This document shows, piece after piece, positions 26,226-39,060 of a stretch of 64,000 nt of DNA. The translations under genes and the position numbers were made by a program. The notes beneath the pieces are model-generated. The model was given only the letters and a program-made list of their open reading frames with translations. It made no database searches and was not told the DNA's origin. Each line of letters opens with the position of its first letter. Position 1 is the stretch's first letter. This DNA comes from Felis catus (lineage: Eukaryota), in assembly GCF_018350175.1 (NCBI RefSeq), contig NC_058368.1:219606001-219670000 (forward strand), in the 5' to 3' direction.

Positions 26226-26276
26226 GCACCCGTAGGGGGCGCTGCAGGAAGGCCTGGCCAAGCTCCCTGGTGGCCA
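26226..26276. promoter_or_regulatory. Pair of convergent CTCF-like motifs
   Basis: GCACCCGTAGGGGGCGCTGC on + and TGGCCACCAGGGAGCTTGG on -, both close to the CTCF core CCASYAGRKGGCRS. Confidence 0.5.
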
Positions 26277-26519
26277 TAAATGGAATCTCCCTGACTCAGA
26301 TCTGTCCGAAGTGTAGCCTGTTCCGACTGAGTTTGAAATACAGCCGACCTTTGGTCTCCTTTTATCATCTGGTCGGCTGGCGGCACTCCCCCGTTGCTTT
26401 GAAAGAGTGTAGTGAGGAGTTCAGAACTTCCACTTGGTGACCAGGTTATCCTGCAGGATGTGAATAATGTGAGGCAGCAGCATCTAGTCGCATGGGCTGT
26501 CTTTCCCCTTTTACTCCAA

Positions 26520-27300
26520 TGATATGCTCAAACCCAAGACTTTGCAGTCATTTTGGACCCTGCTGTTTCTTGTAAAGCCCACATCCGAGAAGGTGGTTTC
26601 ACTTCATTTGTAAAACATACACGGGATCCCACCACTTCTCTCCATTTCCATCATTCGACCCTAAACCAACACACCTTTTCTCAATTACTAGGAGCAATTA
26701 CTGGTCTCTCAATTACCAGCAATTACTGGTCTCTCTGTTGCTACCTTGCCCCACTTACACTCTGCTGTCAGCATTGAGGTCTAAGAAATATTTTCAAAAT
26801 CCCATTTGGAGGTTCCCCGGTTCTAAACACTACTCTCCTCATTTTAGTCAGAGTAGAAAGCAAAATCCTCATTTTATCCTTAAAGCCTTTGCAAAGAACA
26901 TTCTCCCATTTATTTACTGTGCCGCAGCAGCTGACCCTTTGTTGTTTCTGGCATCCCTGAGTTCACGCTGACCATTCTCTCTTCCCCAGCTTGCGTCCCT
27001 ACCTTGTCCAAATTCTTTAGTAAATGCTAGTTTTAAATTGAGGTCTTACTCTGTCCAACCTACTTGAAACTTATAGTATTTCCCTAGACTGTCCTCATTG
27101 CTCTGATACTGCATGTGTTTTCTAACACTACTAACTTTGCTACATGACGTAATTGTTTACTAAGATTATTTTCTGTCTCTCTCAAATAGAATGTAAAATT
27201 CATGAGAGCATGGATTTTGTGTTTTGTTCTTCGTGATGCCCAATAAACAGAACTATATCTGTTTAGGTGCTCAATAAACATTTGTTGGAAGAATTAATAA
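26520..27300 (+). mobile_element. Ancient LINE-2 3' fragment
   Basis: L2-like text ending in the characteristic TAGGTGCTCAATAAACATTTGTTGGAAGAAT. Confidence 0.7.
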
Positions 27301-28068
27301 ATATTGTACTATTGGATTTATCACATATTATACTTAATTTTAAACATATATGTATATATATGTATATATATATCTATATATATACATATACATATTATTT
27401 GCATATGATATTTCTGCCTCCTTCTTTAAACAGTGAACTACTCGAAGTTATAGGAGGAGTCTCAGTGACTTTTTTATTCATTTACTGCAAAGCTTTTTCC
27501 TTCCAGACTGGTACTATCCTGGGCCATCATTTTAAACGTAAATGTTAATTAGCCAATGATTATTGTGGCTAATTGCTTTAGGAAATTAGAGATATATCTT
27601 AAAAGACACACAGATCTGAGAAAGTCAAAACATTTTAGATGAAGTAACATTGAAATGTGTTTGGAACATTAGCGAAGTACCAAAAATTAGGATAGTGGGA
27701 ATTGACATAAAAGAAGAGCTGGAAGCACAGATGACTACTTTTTCAGGATTTGGTCTGGTGTGACTGGGGTCTGAGTCATGATTTGGGGGACCTTAATAGT
27801 GCTGTGAAAAGGCCAAATAACGGGATTGTTGATCAGGGAGGGTTTTGAGAAAGATTATAATGAAAAAGAATGTTGAAGGAAAACTGTGCCATTTTCTTGC
27901 CCAAAGGCACTAGGGTTCAATATCTGAATTTATTTACTTCTTGTATTTTTATTTGTTTATTTCCTATAGGCCATAACTACTGGGTATAAAGAGATTTTTA
28001 TTTTATTGATTGCTTGTAGCAAATTTCACTTGTTGCAATTGCCAGAAATATACCAAGTTACTGTTATG

Positions 28069-28210
28069 CAAAGACGATAGCCTTCAAACTTACCTAAATA
28101 GAGATTCTAGAGACAACCTTGAATCAAGAACCCACAACAAAGACGATAGCCTTCAAACTTACCTAAATAGAGATTCTAGAGACAACCTTGAATCAAGAAC
28201 CCACAACAAA
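28069..28210. repeat. Perfect 69-bp tandem duplication
   Basis: CAAAGACGATAGCC...GAACCCACAA at 28069 and again at 28138, followed by CAAA. Confidence 0.97.
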
Positions 28211-28274
28211 ACCAAAGAAATGAGCCAAGGAATTTATGTGAATGAGCAAAGATGCTTGCATTGATAGTTAATTT

Positions 28275-28494
28275 TTTTTCAACTTTTTTTTTTTTTTTAA
28301 TTTATTTTTGGGACAGAGAGAGACAGAGCATGAACGGGGGAGGGGCAGAGAGAGAGGGAGACACAGAATCGGAAGCAGGCTCCAGGCTCTGAGCCATCAA
28401 CCCAGAGCCCGACACAGGGCTCGAACTCAGGACCGCGAGATCGTGACCTGGCTGAAGTCGGACGCTTAACCGACTGCGCCACCCAGGCGCCCCC
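28275..28494 (-). mobile_element. Young SINEC_Fc-type SINE
   Basis: Near-consensus CpG-rich reverse copy; TSD TGATAGTTAATTTTTTT. Confidence 0.95.
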
Positions 28495-30553
28495 TGATAG
28501 TTAATTTTTTTAAGTATATGTATACACATACTTTTTTACGTAGCAACCAAAACCAAATCCAGCCAAACATATGTTAATATGTTAATATATATATATTTAA
28601 TTTCTTTGTCCACTCATTTATTATACATGTTATAACTTACATCCAATTCCTCTGATAATCTCACTATTTCTTTAAGACTATAAATATAATATTTACCTCT
28701 ATGCTGAATTAGCTATTTCCTTTTCAGGTATGGAAATCAACTAAGCAAGACAGCAGGATAAAAAAGGCACTTTTCATAATTCTAATTAGTAGGAGCAAAA
28801 ACAAACAAAAAAAGGCAAATAAAGATAATTTGTTCAACCTTATTTTATACTATTATTATAAATGGGATTATTTTAAACTAGGCATAAAGTAGCACAATGA
28901 GTCATCTTGATTAAATTAAAGGATTTGTATAAGAAAGGATTAACAATTTATAAGAGCATAATAAAAGACAGGTAGCCAGTTTGTGAAAACTCTTTTCCAG
29001 CTGTGGAATTATCCTGAATTTGGAACATGACATTTGCAACTCCACAGGAAGGATAGCACAGCGACGTCATCCCCAAATTATCTGAATAAACCTCCTCCAC
29101 AATGTGAAATATTTAGAAGCATTCCTAAGGTTGTTGCCATGATCTTTGCCTCTCTCCTTTCACAATCAAGAGGATTTCAAATGAGTTTTTAAACCAATGT
29201 GTGAAATCCATGCCATTGTGTTACAGTTTATATTTATTTCCATTATCCCCACTACAAATATAGCCTAAAATAAGTCTTTCCTAAATAGTTTTGTTAAGGC
29301 TAATACATCTTTGAAGAAAAAAAAAAAAACACAAAAAACAGCCAGACTTAGTGACTGACTCTACTTCTGGCACATTCTACTTTTCTTTTAGCAGAGCAGG
29401 ACTTTAGCATTGCAAATTATTTGTTTGAAATTATTTATTTTTTCCAGTTTTCTTGGGATATAATTGACCTATAATATTGTATAAGCTTAAGGTATACAAT
29501 GTAATGATTTCATATATATATACATATATATATCATATATTTATGTGAGATATATATGTTTATATATGTATGTATATACATCTTAACTGCATAAATTTCA
29601 TGCTCTGTTTCTTCAAAGAATAAAATTTTATTATAGGCAGAATTTGATTCTGCATTTATAATAATTCTGAGCATAGAAAATACTCATTCAAAAGGGTGCA
29701 GGTACTTCAGAAGCTCCGACATATGGCACATTCTCTTGGCAGATCCATATAATTTAGATTAAAGCAACTCCTTGATTTTTAGGTTTCATTTGGCTAAACA
29801 CTTAAATCTGATAAAATGCTAGTTCTGAGCAGCGCAAGCAACACCTAAGTAGGTACTATACAAATACGTGTTGAGTGATTGATTAATCTTGGCATTCTAA
29901 TACTTTGTTTTCTAATTTTGGCACCGTGGAAAATGTCAGGTTCCATGCCTTCCCTACCCTCAACCAAAAAGGCAACATGTTTCATTCATATTTGAAAAAG
30001 CATATTCTAGAAATGTCACAGTAACCTTTTCAGATGACAGTCTCTGCCTAGGAATTCTTGACAGCAGCTATGCACAATTATGCCAACTATATATTGAAAC
30101 GTTCTTACATCATCTTCCCAAAAGTGATAGCCTGAGCACATAGCATTTAGATTAACTGGATGGAAGGAAACCCAAACTTGATGCACTCTTTTACAAAGTT
30201 TATTTTTGAGACAGGAATGGAAAAAAGTGAAATTCAATTTTTGGTTTATATATGGGCAAAGTGAATCATATTTAAAGATATTTAGAGGTAATCATATCAT
30301 GTCTCAGTCTCCCTACCTGTGAAGCTAAAATCTCAGTGCATCTACTAACATCGAATATTGAGAACAATTAATTTTGTATCTTGATACATTTGTTAATATA
30401 CATTTTAAAATTTTCTTGAAAAGTAGGGAAAACAAGGATGAACACAAAGGTTATTCTCCAAATCATCTAAAATATAATGATGAATTTTTTGAATGGTGAA
30501 TTAATAATGATAAATTAAGTACATAAAATGCCAACGATTAGTAATGTCTTTAA

Positions 30554-30765
30554 GGGGTGACTGGGTGGCTCAGTCAGATAAGCGTCCAACTCTTGCTTTC
30601 AGCTTAAGTCATGATATCACAGTTCATGAGATCAAGCCTCTTATTGGGCTTTGTGCTGACAGCACTGAGCCTATTTGGGATTCTCTCTCTCCCTTTCTCT
30701 CTCTGTCCTTCCCGTATTCTCTCTCTCTCCCAAATACATAAAATAAACTTAGGAAAAAAAACAAC
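30554..30765 (+). mobile_element. Can-SINE (older)
   Basis: GGGGTGACTGGGTGGCTCAGTCAG head, CT-rich part and A tail. Confidence 0.9.
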
Positions 30766-30879
30766 AACGATATCTTTAATGTGTGTGCTTGGAAAACTTA
30801 CTCATAGAACCATAAGGCTGTGTTCTATTTACCATAATAGTAATGACTAAGATTATAGAAATGATGATGATGATGATGA

Positions 30880-31105
30880 TAGTAATTAACATTTATGTGT
30901 CTATTAATATGTCAAGAATTATTCAAAGTGTCTAACATATACTGACACATTTAACTGTCACAATGACTGTAAGATAATTACTAATAGTGTCTCCATTTTA
31001 CATATTAGAAAAATACATAAAATTGTGCAAGTTTCTACTCTTTTTACATAGTGGAGCTGGGGACACAAGTGACTCAGCTCTAAGTTAGTGCTCTTAAACC
31101 CAAGC
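30880..31105 (-). mobile_element. MIR-like SINE relic
   Basis: AACATTTATG..CATTTAACTGTCACAA..CTCCATTTTACA..AGTGGAGCTGGG resembles the MIR core. Confidence 0.55.
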
Positions 31106-31903
31106 CTATTATTGGTGAATATAAAATAATCAATCCTGATATGTTAGGGTAGTAATGATAGGGAGATTTCTTTCAGCAGTGTTGTTATGGGGAATGAACT
31201 TTTTAATAAATAAAAGTAGTAGTTTCTAACCACACACATTTGGCCTGAGCTTCACTACTGATAGTGGGCCATATATTGTCTGGGCCAATAAAATCTGTAT
31301 GATCATGATCTCTAAGCAATTTGGTAGGGCTTTGTCCCCTTGGGCTCTCTGATATAAGAGAGCCATGTTGTACAATACACCCTCAATCATGAGGTCAGTG
31401 TGTGGGAAAATTAAAATGTTGAGGGGAGCGTTTATTTGGTAGGTGGATGTGAATGATGTCCTCTCTAATGTCAGAGGTGTGAAGGTTCCCTGTAAGTACT
31501 AACAAGGGAGTCCTTAGAGGAGACTGGAAGTAGGGTGGGGGAGGGGTTGAAAATCTGAAGACCAAAAATTAAGCTACATTAGAGTTTGGGGTAAAATATC
31601 TGTCCATTTGGGGGATCATTTATCATTTAAAAGCATAAGGAGCATATGTTTGAGTAGACTTTATGCCTGTCTGTAAGTCCAGCTGCTTGGGGCTAATAAG
31701 CTAGGTGGAAATTCCATGAGATTCCAAGTTCTATAGCCCATGATGGAACAGCTTGGGAAATGAAATGAGAACCTTAGACTGAATCTATAACATCTGGTGG
31801 GCCTGAGAAGATGAACACATACCTGATTAAGAAGGAGTTTACATGACGGGAAGCAGGATTTCTGGAGGAAGCGATCCAGGAATCCCATGAAAGTATCAAT
31901 GAT

Positions 31904-32125
31904 GGGGGCGCCTGGGTGGCTCAGTCGGTTAAGCGGCCTTTGGCTCAGGTCACGATCTCGCAGTCCGTGAGTTCGAGCCCCGCGTCGGGCTCTGGGCTGA
32001 TGGCTCAGAGCCTGGAGCCTGCTTCCGATTCTGTGTCTCCCTCTCTCTGCCCTTCCCCCGTTCATGCTCTGTCTCTCTCTGTCTCAAAAATAAATAAAAA
32101 ACATTAAAAAAATTAAAAAAAAAAA
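31904..32125 (+). mobile_element. Young feline Can-SINE inserted into the ERV pol region
   Basis: CpG-rich SINE with TSD GAAAGTATCAATGAT. Confidence 0.95.
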
Positions 32126-33475
32126 GAAAGTATCAATGATGGCAGCTGCATACCAACCAGCCACCCTGGAGGGTACAGTGGTTCAAAAACATCAGTTTGC
32201 TTTCTTGACTAGGGTCTGTAGTGCAGCGGCACATTTCCCCACTTGGGAGCCTTCCAGATTTTGAGGGGGAACAAAAACGGGCAATTATTTACCACCACAT
32301 TGGCTAGAGCCAGAGTGAAGGGGGATCTGCACCTATATGCCCAGTCAGCGAGTTCCGTTACTCCCATATTGCCTGATGTAGTAAGGGTCCACTCTTCTAA
32401 TAGGTGTATCCCCTCTGGGGGGAATAGTGGTATCTGGATTTGTGACTGACTCTCTAGGAGGTGGCTCATGTGGGGCCTTGGAACCAGCACGCAATTCGGA
32501 TAAGGAGTTTGCAATGTTCTTACAATGTGCTTCTGGTGCTTGCTGGCACGTGTGCACAAACACCCGGGATCACAATCGGCCCTATGAGTTGGCTGTATCT
32601 TGAGAGACTTCCCTTGAATCATGACATTATCATTTTGTCATTGTCCAGACCAACTTGTGAGCCCACTGGCTACCACCCGGGGGTCAGTAAAAAATGTGTT
32701 CTTTGGAATTTTATTGTTAGGGCTTGTTGCAGAGCCAAGCTTGCTGCCACTGATTCTGTCAGTTTTGTCAGATGGGCCAAGCCAGGAGGAGGCATCCTCA
32801 ACTAGGGACATGCCACTAGCAGGACGAAATGATGCAGTCTCCCAGCAGGCTACATCGTGCACGATGGTGGCATTGCTCTTGTTGAAGAATACTGACTCCC
32901 TTTCCACGTCAGCCAGTTGGCCTCCAGTTCTCCTGACTGCAAGAGGGGCCCCTAGTAGGAATACCCACCTCAATGTCAGTGAGCAAGAGGCTGAGCATGG
33001 GAGATGCTACATCCTCCTATTATCTAAAAAAGCCCTTGACACCAAATTAACTCTTTCCCGATGGCACCCCATTCCTTTTGAACAGTGAGACCTCAGTAGC
33101 CGTGCTGAGGCTATTGGGTTGAATCCCTGACCCAAGGCGGTTGGGGACTTGTGTGAAGCAGTATGAGCTGTGAGACTGATAGTGCCTCTGTCTATAAAGA
33201 GTCCAGTGGGCTGTCAAACTTTGTTGTTTGAGTGATATGGACCTGGCTGCTATCTGGAGAAGGCGTTTCATCCAGAACCTTGTGGGCAACCAGATAGAAC
33301 CATGTTTAATCTCCATTAGGTGGAGTCACACCTGTGGCTCAACTCAGAAGTCTGAGCCCCTAGGGACTCAAGGCAGGGCCTGCTGTAAGGCTTGCGCGGC
33401 CAGCTGCAAGGAAGTTTATTGAGGTTCTCACCAATGGAAAGACACGGATTTGCAACTAAAAGCATAAGTAGACTT

Positions 33476-33666
33476 TTTAAAAAAATGTTTATTTATTTAT
33501 TTTGAGAGAGAGAGAGAACACGGGGAGGGGCAGAGAGAGAGAATCACAAGCAGATTCTGCGCTATCAGCACAGAGTCCAACGTGGGGCTTGAACTCAGGA
33601 GTGTTGAGGTTATGACCGAAGCAGAAACCAAGAGTTGGATGATCAACCGAGCCACCCACGCACCCC
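33476..33666 (-). mobile_element. Can-SINE inserted into the ERV
   Basis: Reverse SINE; TSD AGCATAAGTAGACTT/AGCATGAGTAGACTT. Confidence 0.9.
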
Positions 33667-35024
33667 AAGAGCATGAGTAGACTTAGGTTGAATGAGAAAA
33701 TGTGTAATGTATTGCTTCTCAGAAGTGAAGAGATCTAACATGTGCTGTGCCCACCGCAAAGTTTGTGAGTTGATATTTTACAAGGAGAACTTTGACGCCC
33801 TCAGGTGAATGCTAACCCCTTGAGGTCAGCTAACTTCAGTGGCTGCTCCTTTGATCTTACACAGGACAGAGGCCCATCCTCTCTACTATAAATAGTGTTA
33901 GCAGCTGTAAGTCTGGGAGAGCATCCTCAGAAAGCCCACAGAGTGGAATGTCTCCAGAAGCTAGCTTGACTTGAAGTCAGCAGATTATCCTCCCCAGTGT
34001 GTCCCAATTGACCTCCCTGGAATTGGGGAGGCAAGATTTTAGGACTGGCCCCTAAGCCTTGAGAATGTAGAACTGGAACTTTGGCACATTGTTCTGCTGT
34101 GACACTGAGTAGTGCCCACTCCTTCCATGGGCATTATAGATTTAGCAAGAAGCTTTATAACTTCCTCATAAGTTCTAGGGGAGCTGGCACTAGGTGTTTC
34201 AGCCATTTGTATTCAGCTATTCGACCTTGCGACACCAGGGATGGGACCTGTGATATTCATGCGGTTGGGAGATGAGGTATGACAGCAAGGTATGCAGTGA
34301 GAGAGAGACCATGTGTCCCAGCCACTCTCGCCTTTGTCAGGGACCCTGCCTTCCTGAGAAGTGAGGGTGTCCCAACCATACTGGTTAGAACTCAGAGTAT
34401 TGGTGGAGTTCCCAAACACAATGGCCAGGGAAGGGGAATCGCCCTCTCTGTCTTCTAAGAGCTCTGCCTGGCACCTTTTCACAGTAGCCCACACTTGGGC
34501 TGGGGTTGGCACTCTCATGTCCTGGCATTAACTAATGCACCAGGACCCTGAAAAAATGTTAGTCAATTCTCATAACAGACAGCAGCTGGGTTTGTGCTTA
34601 GAGTCAGGAAATATACCCAAGACCTAACAATGTCTTGGGAATTTTACTCCACAAGGTGTTAATAGGTGGAAAGCACATTCTTGGCACCTCTAACTGGCTC
34701 CAATGATCAATACTCTGAGATTCAGGAGGATTCTTGTGGCTTTTTTCAGAACTTATATTTGGGGATGAGAGTCCAATGTAAAACCCTGCACAGTTGGTGC
34801 AAGGCAGCCAAAAATAGCACGACTGAAGGCCAGCAAGCAGTGGATCCTTCTCATATAGAATTACCCACCTGGGAGCATCAGTCAGAAAACCATTTGCAGC
34901 TGAAAGGCATTCTCTGGGGTCTATAGCAAATGTGACTCAATCTGCCCAGTTCTGTTGGTGAAACCAATCGTTGTGACTTTGTTAAATTAACGTTTGTTGA
35001 GTAAAGCCTTGGGGTGTCCAATGG

Positions 35025-35517
35025 TGAGTCAGGGAACAACAAGGGAAAGTGAAATAAAGTTCAATTTACAGGTTCTGCAGGAGGTACACATTACACCTTG
35101 AGGGCCCATAAAAGGGTAAGAGAGGGTATAGGCAGGAGTGGCGCAGTACTTGGGGCACAGGCTTTTATCAGGGTCCACAGGGGAAGTGCTTTGTGGTTCC
35201 TGGTCTAAGGCCAGATTGGTCAATTTAGATTGAAGGAGTCAGGTCTTAGTAAGTTTATTAGATGTCCAGTACAAGTTGACACAGAAAGGGAAGACCCTGG
35301 GAGGATGGAAAAATATTTATCACAAGGTAGTTGGGGGAGTCATATCAGGAACTTGCATGCACTTGTGTCTTATGGGAGAGGCTAATGTCGGTTCAAGTCC
35401 CCTGCAGACTGCTTGGTCACACAAACTGGTTGCCAAGGCAGTAGTATTATGGAGTAGTTTGAACTCTCAACAATGGAAGTCCTTAAATTCTCATCTCTTC
35501 TGTTTCAGGTCACTACA
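35025..35517 (-). mobile_element. Probable solo LTR nested in the ERV remnant (family uncertain)
   Basis: About 490 nt whose reverse strand begins TGTAGTGACC and ends CCCTGACTCA (TG..CA termini). No clean TSD found. Confidence 0.4.
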
Positions 35518-36789
35518 CAATCCTTAGCCTGCAATTGTCTATCGTGATTTGCAAGCATTCCGAATATGGTGCTCAATGGGAGGTAGATCTGGAAAAAGAA
35601 GAAGGAAGACACTGATATACTTTGCTTTACATATTGCTGGTACCTAATTATCCATATGAGCTCCAGAACTGTCCCATTCTTACTTTGCCATATGGCATCA
35701 GCTGTGCTTGCTTGTCTTAGTGAGCCAACAGTAGGGTAAGATGCCTCTTGTCAACTTGCAAAAGAAACAACAATACAGGTAATATCATTTCTCCAGCCAG
35801 TTCTGTCATAATGTGTGCCCTCTTGTCTTCTCCCACACAAGGGCAGTGGCTGCTCTAGTGTTGGGTTCTATTCCTTCCGTTCTTCCCACATAGGCTTCTC
35901 ATATATTCTCACAAAGTTATCAGCATTCAGTGGTATTATTAAGGCCAGTTCCATCAATCTCACACTCTCTCATGGGAGCTGATATGTGTTTTTCCTTTGG
36001 TCAAAGCTTGGTCGTTGGCTTAAGTCTTTCTTAACATTCTACCATCTTATATCTTGGTTCATAGTGTCTCAATTATTTTAAAAAAGTGTATTTGAAATTA
36101 TAGGGAAAGAACAAGATTAAAGGAAACATTAGTTAATGCTTGCTCTTTTGTTTTTTGCCGATGAAGAGAAAAAAGAAGCAAAGACATATTTACTTACCAA
36201 GGTTTTAAGTGTGTTTTTGATTTAGACTGTAATTATTTAGAATATTTAGGACAAGGAAGAAAAAAAAAACACATTATTCTGTTATAATAAAGAGAAAGAA
36301 ACTCCTTGCTTTTTTGAAAATAATAATAGTGTACAAACCAAATTTATCTCCTTAAAATAATCTGCATGAATCACCAACATATTAAAAATAAGCTTTACCT
36401 AGGTGTGGAGGAATAATGACTATAATCTTTAAATATATAGACATGCTTTTTAACATGTAGTTGAATATATTGATATTCACATAAACTTTTCAACATGTGG
36501 TTGAATGAAGAAGATCAGGCTTTAAAATGTACTAAAATATATATTGAATTTTCTTGTTCATTCTTAACTATCTTTTTAACATTTACTGATGTATTCTGGG
36601 AGACATATTACCTATGTTACATATACACACACACCTGTATATATGTAGACACTTTCATACCAAAAAAAAAAATATATATATATATGCATATCCCCTTATA
36701 TTGCTGTTATGTGTATACATATAAAATTGTTTTATAACTACTTGTAATTATATATTTATACAATTATATAGATATCATAATATGGTTTT

Positions 36790-39060
36790 ATATATAATAA
36801 TTCCTTATCACAGTTTTTTGGTATAGATAAGTAGTCACGAATTAAAATATCTTGCTTTCAGGTGGACTGTTTTCTTTTTTAATAAGGTGTGTTCTACGTA
36901 TAGGACTTTGAGAGGGGGGCTTGCCAAACATGTGAAATATGTAATCTTCACCCCAGTTAACCTGTAGAACATTTTCTTCACTGCTGTATGTTTATCAGGT
37001 CATATGCCAGTGAATCCATACTCCCCAGTCCTCCAGTGCAAAACACATTTCTGACTTCTGTCACCATTACTTAGTTCTGCCTGTCTAGAGTTTAATATAA
37101 ATGGAATCATGCAATATGTACCATCTTGTGAGTGGCCTCTTTCCCTTACCACAAAATTTTGAAATTCATTCCTGTCACTGCATGCATCAGTTGGTCCATT
37201 TTATTACTAGATATGAACTGCATGAATGCCTCAGTTTCTTTACCCATTAATGGATAAAGACATTAATGGATATTAATGTCATTTTTCCCTTTTGATTACA
37301 ATCAATGAATGAAGCTTTTATGAATGTTCTCTTGGGAGTAACTGCTGAGTCATATATTTAGTGGGTTGGCATTTATAGGTCATACACAGTAAAGGTCTTG
37401 CTTATAAGAAACTGCCAAACTATGTTCTGAAGTGACTGTAACATCTTATAGTCCCAGAAGAAATGTATCTGATATTCAACAGCACCCATACTCACTAACA
37501 TTCGATAATATCAGGCTTTAATATTAGTCATGAAAGTGAAGTACTTTTTCGTGGTGGTTTTAATTTGCATCCCTCATGAGCACCCTTTCATGGGATTCAG
37601 AAGTCTCTTGCACATTTTATAAACTGTAGTCCTTATTATTGAATTGTTAGATATACACATACATATACACACATGCAAACACAGATATAGATAATTCTGG
37701 ATACAAGTTTTGACAACCTCACATCTATTTTTCTGCCAATTTGTGGATTACCTTTTCATTTTATCAGTATGTATTTTGAGTAGAAATGTATAAATTTTAT
37801 AAAGTCTAGTTTATCCATGTTTTATTCCATATTTAATAATCTTAGTATTTTTAAAAGAAATCTTGACCTACTTAGAGGTTGCAAAGATATCATCCTAAGT
37901 TTTCTTCTGAAGCTTTATAGTTTGAACTTTTATATTCAGTTCAATTATCCTTTTCAATTTAATTTTTATCAATCATTTGAGGTAGGGACATTGATTCATT
38001 TCCCCTCATGCACATTTTCAGTTGTTTTAGAACATTTATTGAAGAGAAAAGCCTTTCCCCAGTTAATTACCATGGTGCTTGAATTAAAATTTAATTGATT
38101 ATATCTGTTTATGTCTATTTCTGGACTCTCTATGATGTTCTATTGATCTATTTGCCCACCAATGCATTTTCCTAATTATTTATACTAACTATGGTATTAA
38201 AATTAAGTAGTGTAAGTCTTCTGTTTTGGTCCTCTGCATTTGTGTGTTCATTTTAAAATCAATTTGTCAATTTCTATAAGAAAGCCTCTTGGATTATTTA
38301 CAGGGATGGACCTTGAATTTGTATATTATTTTTGAGAGGACTTGTGTATTAACAGTATTTACATTGTGTATTAACAGTATTTAAATCCTTTAAATTTATG
38401 ACATAAACTATCTCTCCATTTATCTAGACCTTCTTTAATTTCTCTCTGCTCTATTTTAAAGTTTTCATTCTAGTGGGCTTACCGTTATTATATATACATA
38501 TATATGAATTTTAAAAATTATTGTGAATGGTGGTGTTTTTAAATGGTAATTTCCAATAGTTTACTAGTATACTAAAATATAATCAAGTCATTCAGATTGA
38601 TTTGAACCCTATGATCTTGCTAAATTCATTTATTAGTAGTCTTAGAGCTTTTCCTGATTAACTAGTATTTTATATAAAAACAATCATGTTTTCTGCAAAA
38701 CAAATTTTTTTTCTTCTGTTCTTGTCAGAACTAATTTTTTTCTTTCCTCTTTGCATTGGCTAAGAACTCCAGCACAATACTGAATGGTAGTGAGAGCAGA
38801 CAGACATCCTTGCTTTGTTCTCAATCAGCTTAATTTGTAGTCTGTTTACTAAGTATTATGTTAGCTATAGATTTTTCATGGAATATTTTATCATGTTAAA
38901 GATGTTTACTTCTATAACTAAGTCACTGAAGGTGTTTATTATGACTGGTTTTTAGATTTTGTTAAATGCCTTTTCTACATCTATTAAGATGATCATATCG
39001 ATTTTATTCTTTATTCTCTTAATGAGGTAAGTTACACCGATTGATTTTGAGTGTTGAACA
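36790..39060 (-). mobile_element. Ancient L1M-type LINE fragment
   Basis: Reverse L1M 3'UTR-like text (AAATGGAATCATGCAATATGT) followed by highly decayed antisense ORF2 text (TTCTGGACTCTCTAT.., GACATCCTTGCTTTGTTC.., AATGCCTTTTCTACATCTATT). Confidence 0.75.

Larger units (their letters stand above)
31150..36050 (-). mobile_element. Decayed class III (ERVL-like) endogenous retrovirus internal region, interrupted by two SINEs and an LTR-like insert
   Basis: Minus-strand translation gives an integrase-core-like segment GPPDVIDSV*GSHFISQAVPSWAIELGISWNFHLAY*PQAAGLTDR (~31667-31803) and RNase H-like FFTDPRVVASGLTSWSGQ (~32640-32700). A tether-like stretch RFWMKRL...LTAHWTL lies at ~33200-33280. GC is higher than in the flanks; boundaries are approximate. 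Confidence 0.72.

Noticed and set aside
26126..26440. 104-aa (+) and 82-aa (-) ORFs in the GC-rich block as a small gene
   Set aside because: No recognisable homology in any frame; ORFs of this size are expected in GC-rich sequence.
28010..28264. 84-aa ORF with an internal 23-aa repeat
   Set aside because: A by-product of the 69-bp duplication being a multiple of three; non-ATG start and no exon signals or recognisable homology.
32621..33088. 155-aa plus-strand ORF and neighbouring ORFs
   Set aside because: Antisense shadows of the decayed ERV pol region with no recognisable protein features.
38342..38383. 22-bp-period tandem duplication (TTGTGTATTAACAGTATTTA)
   Set aside because: An ordinary slippage duplication within an ancient L1; no functional implication.
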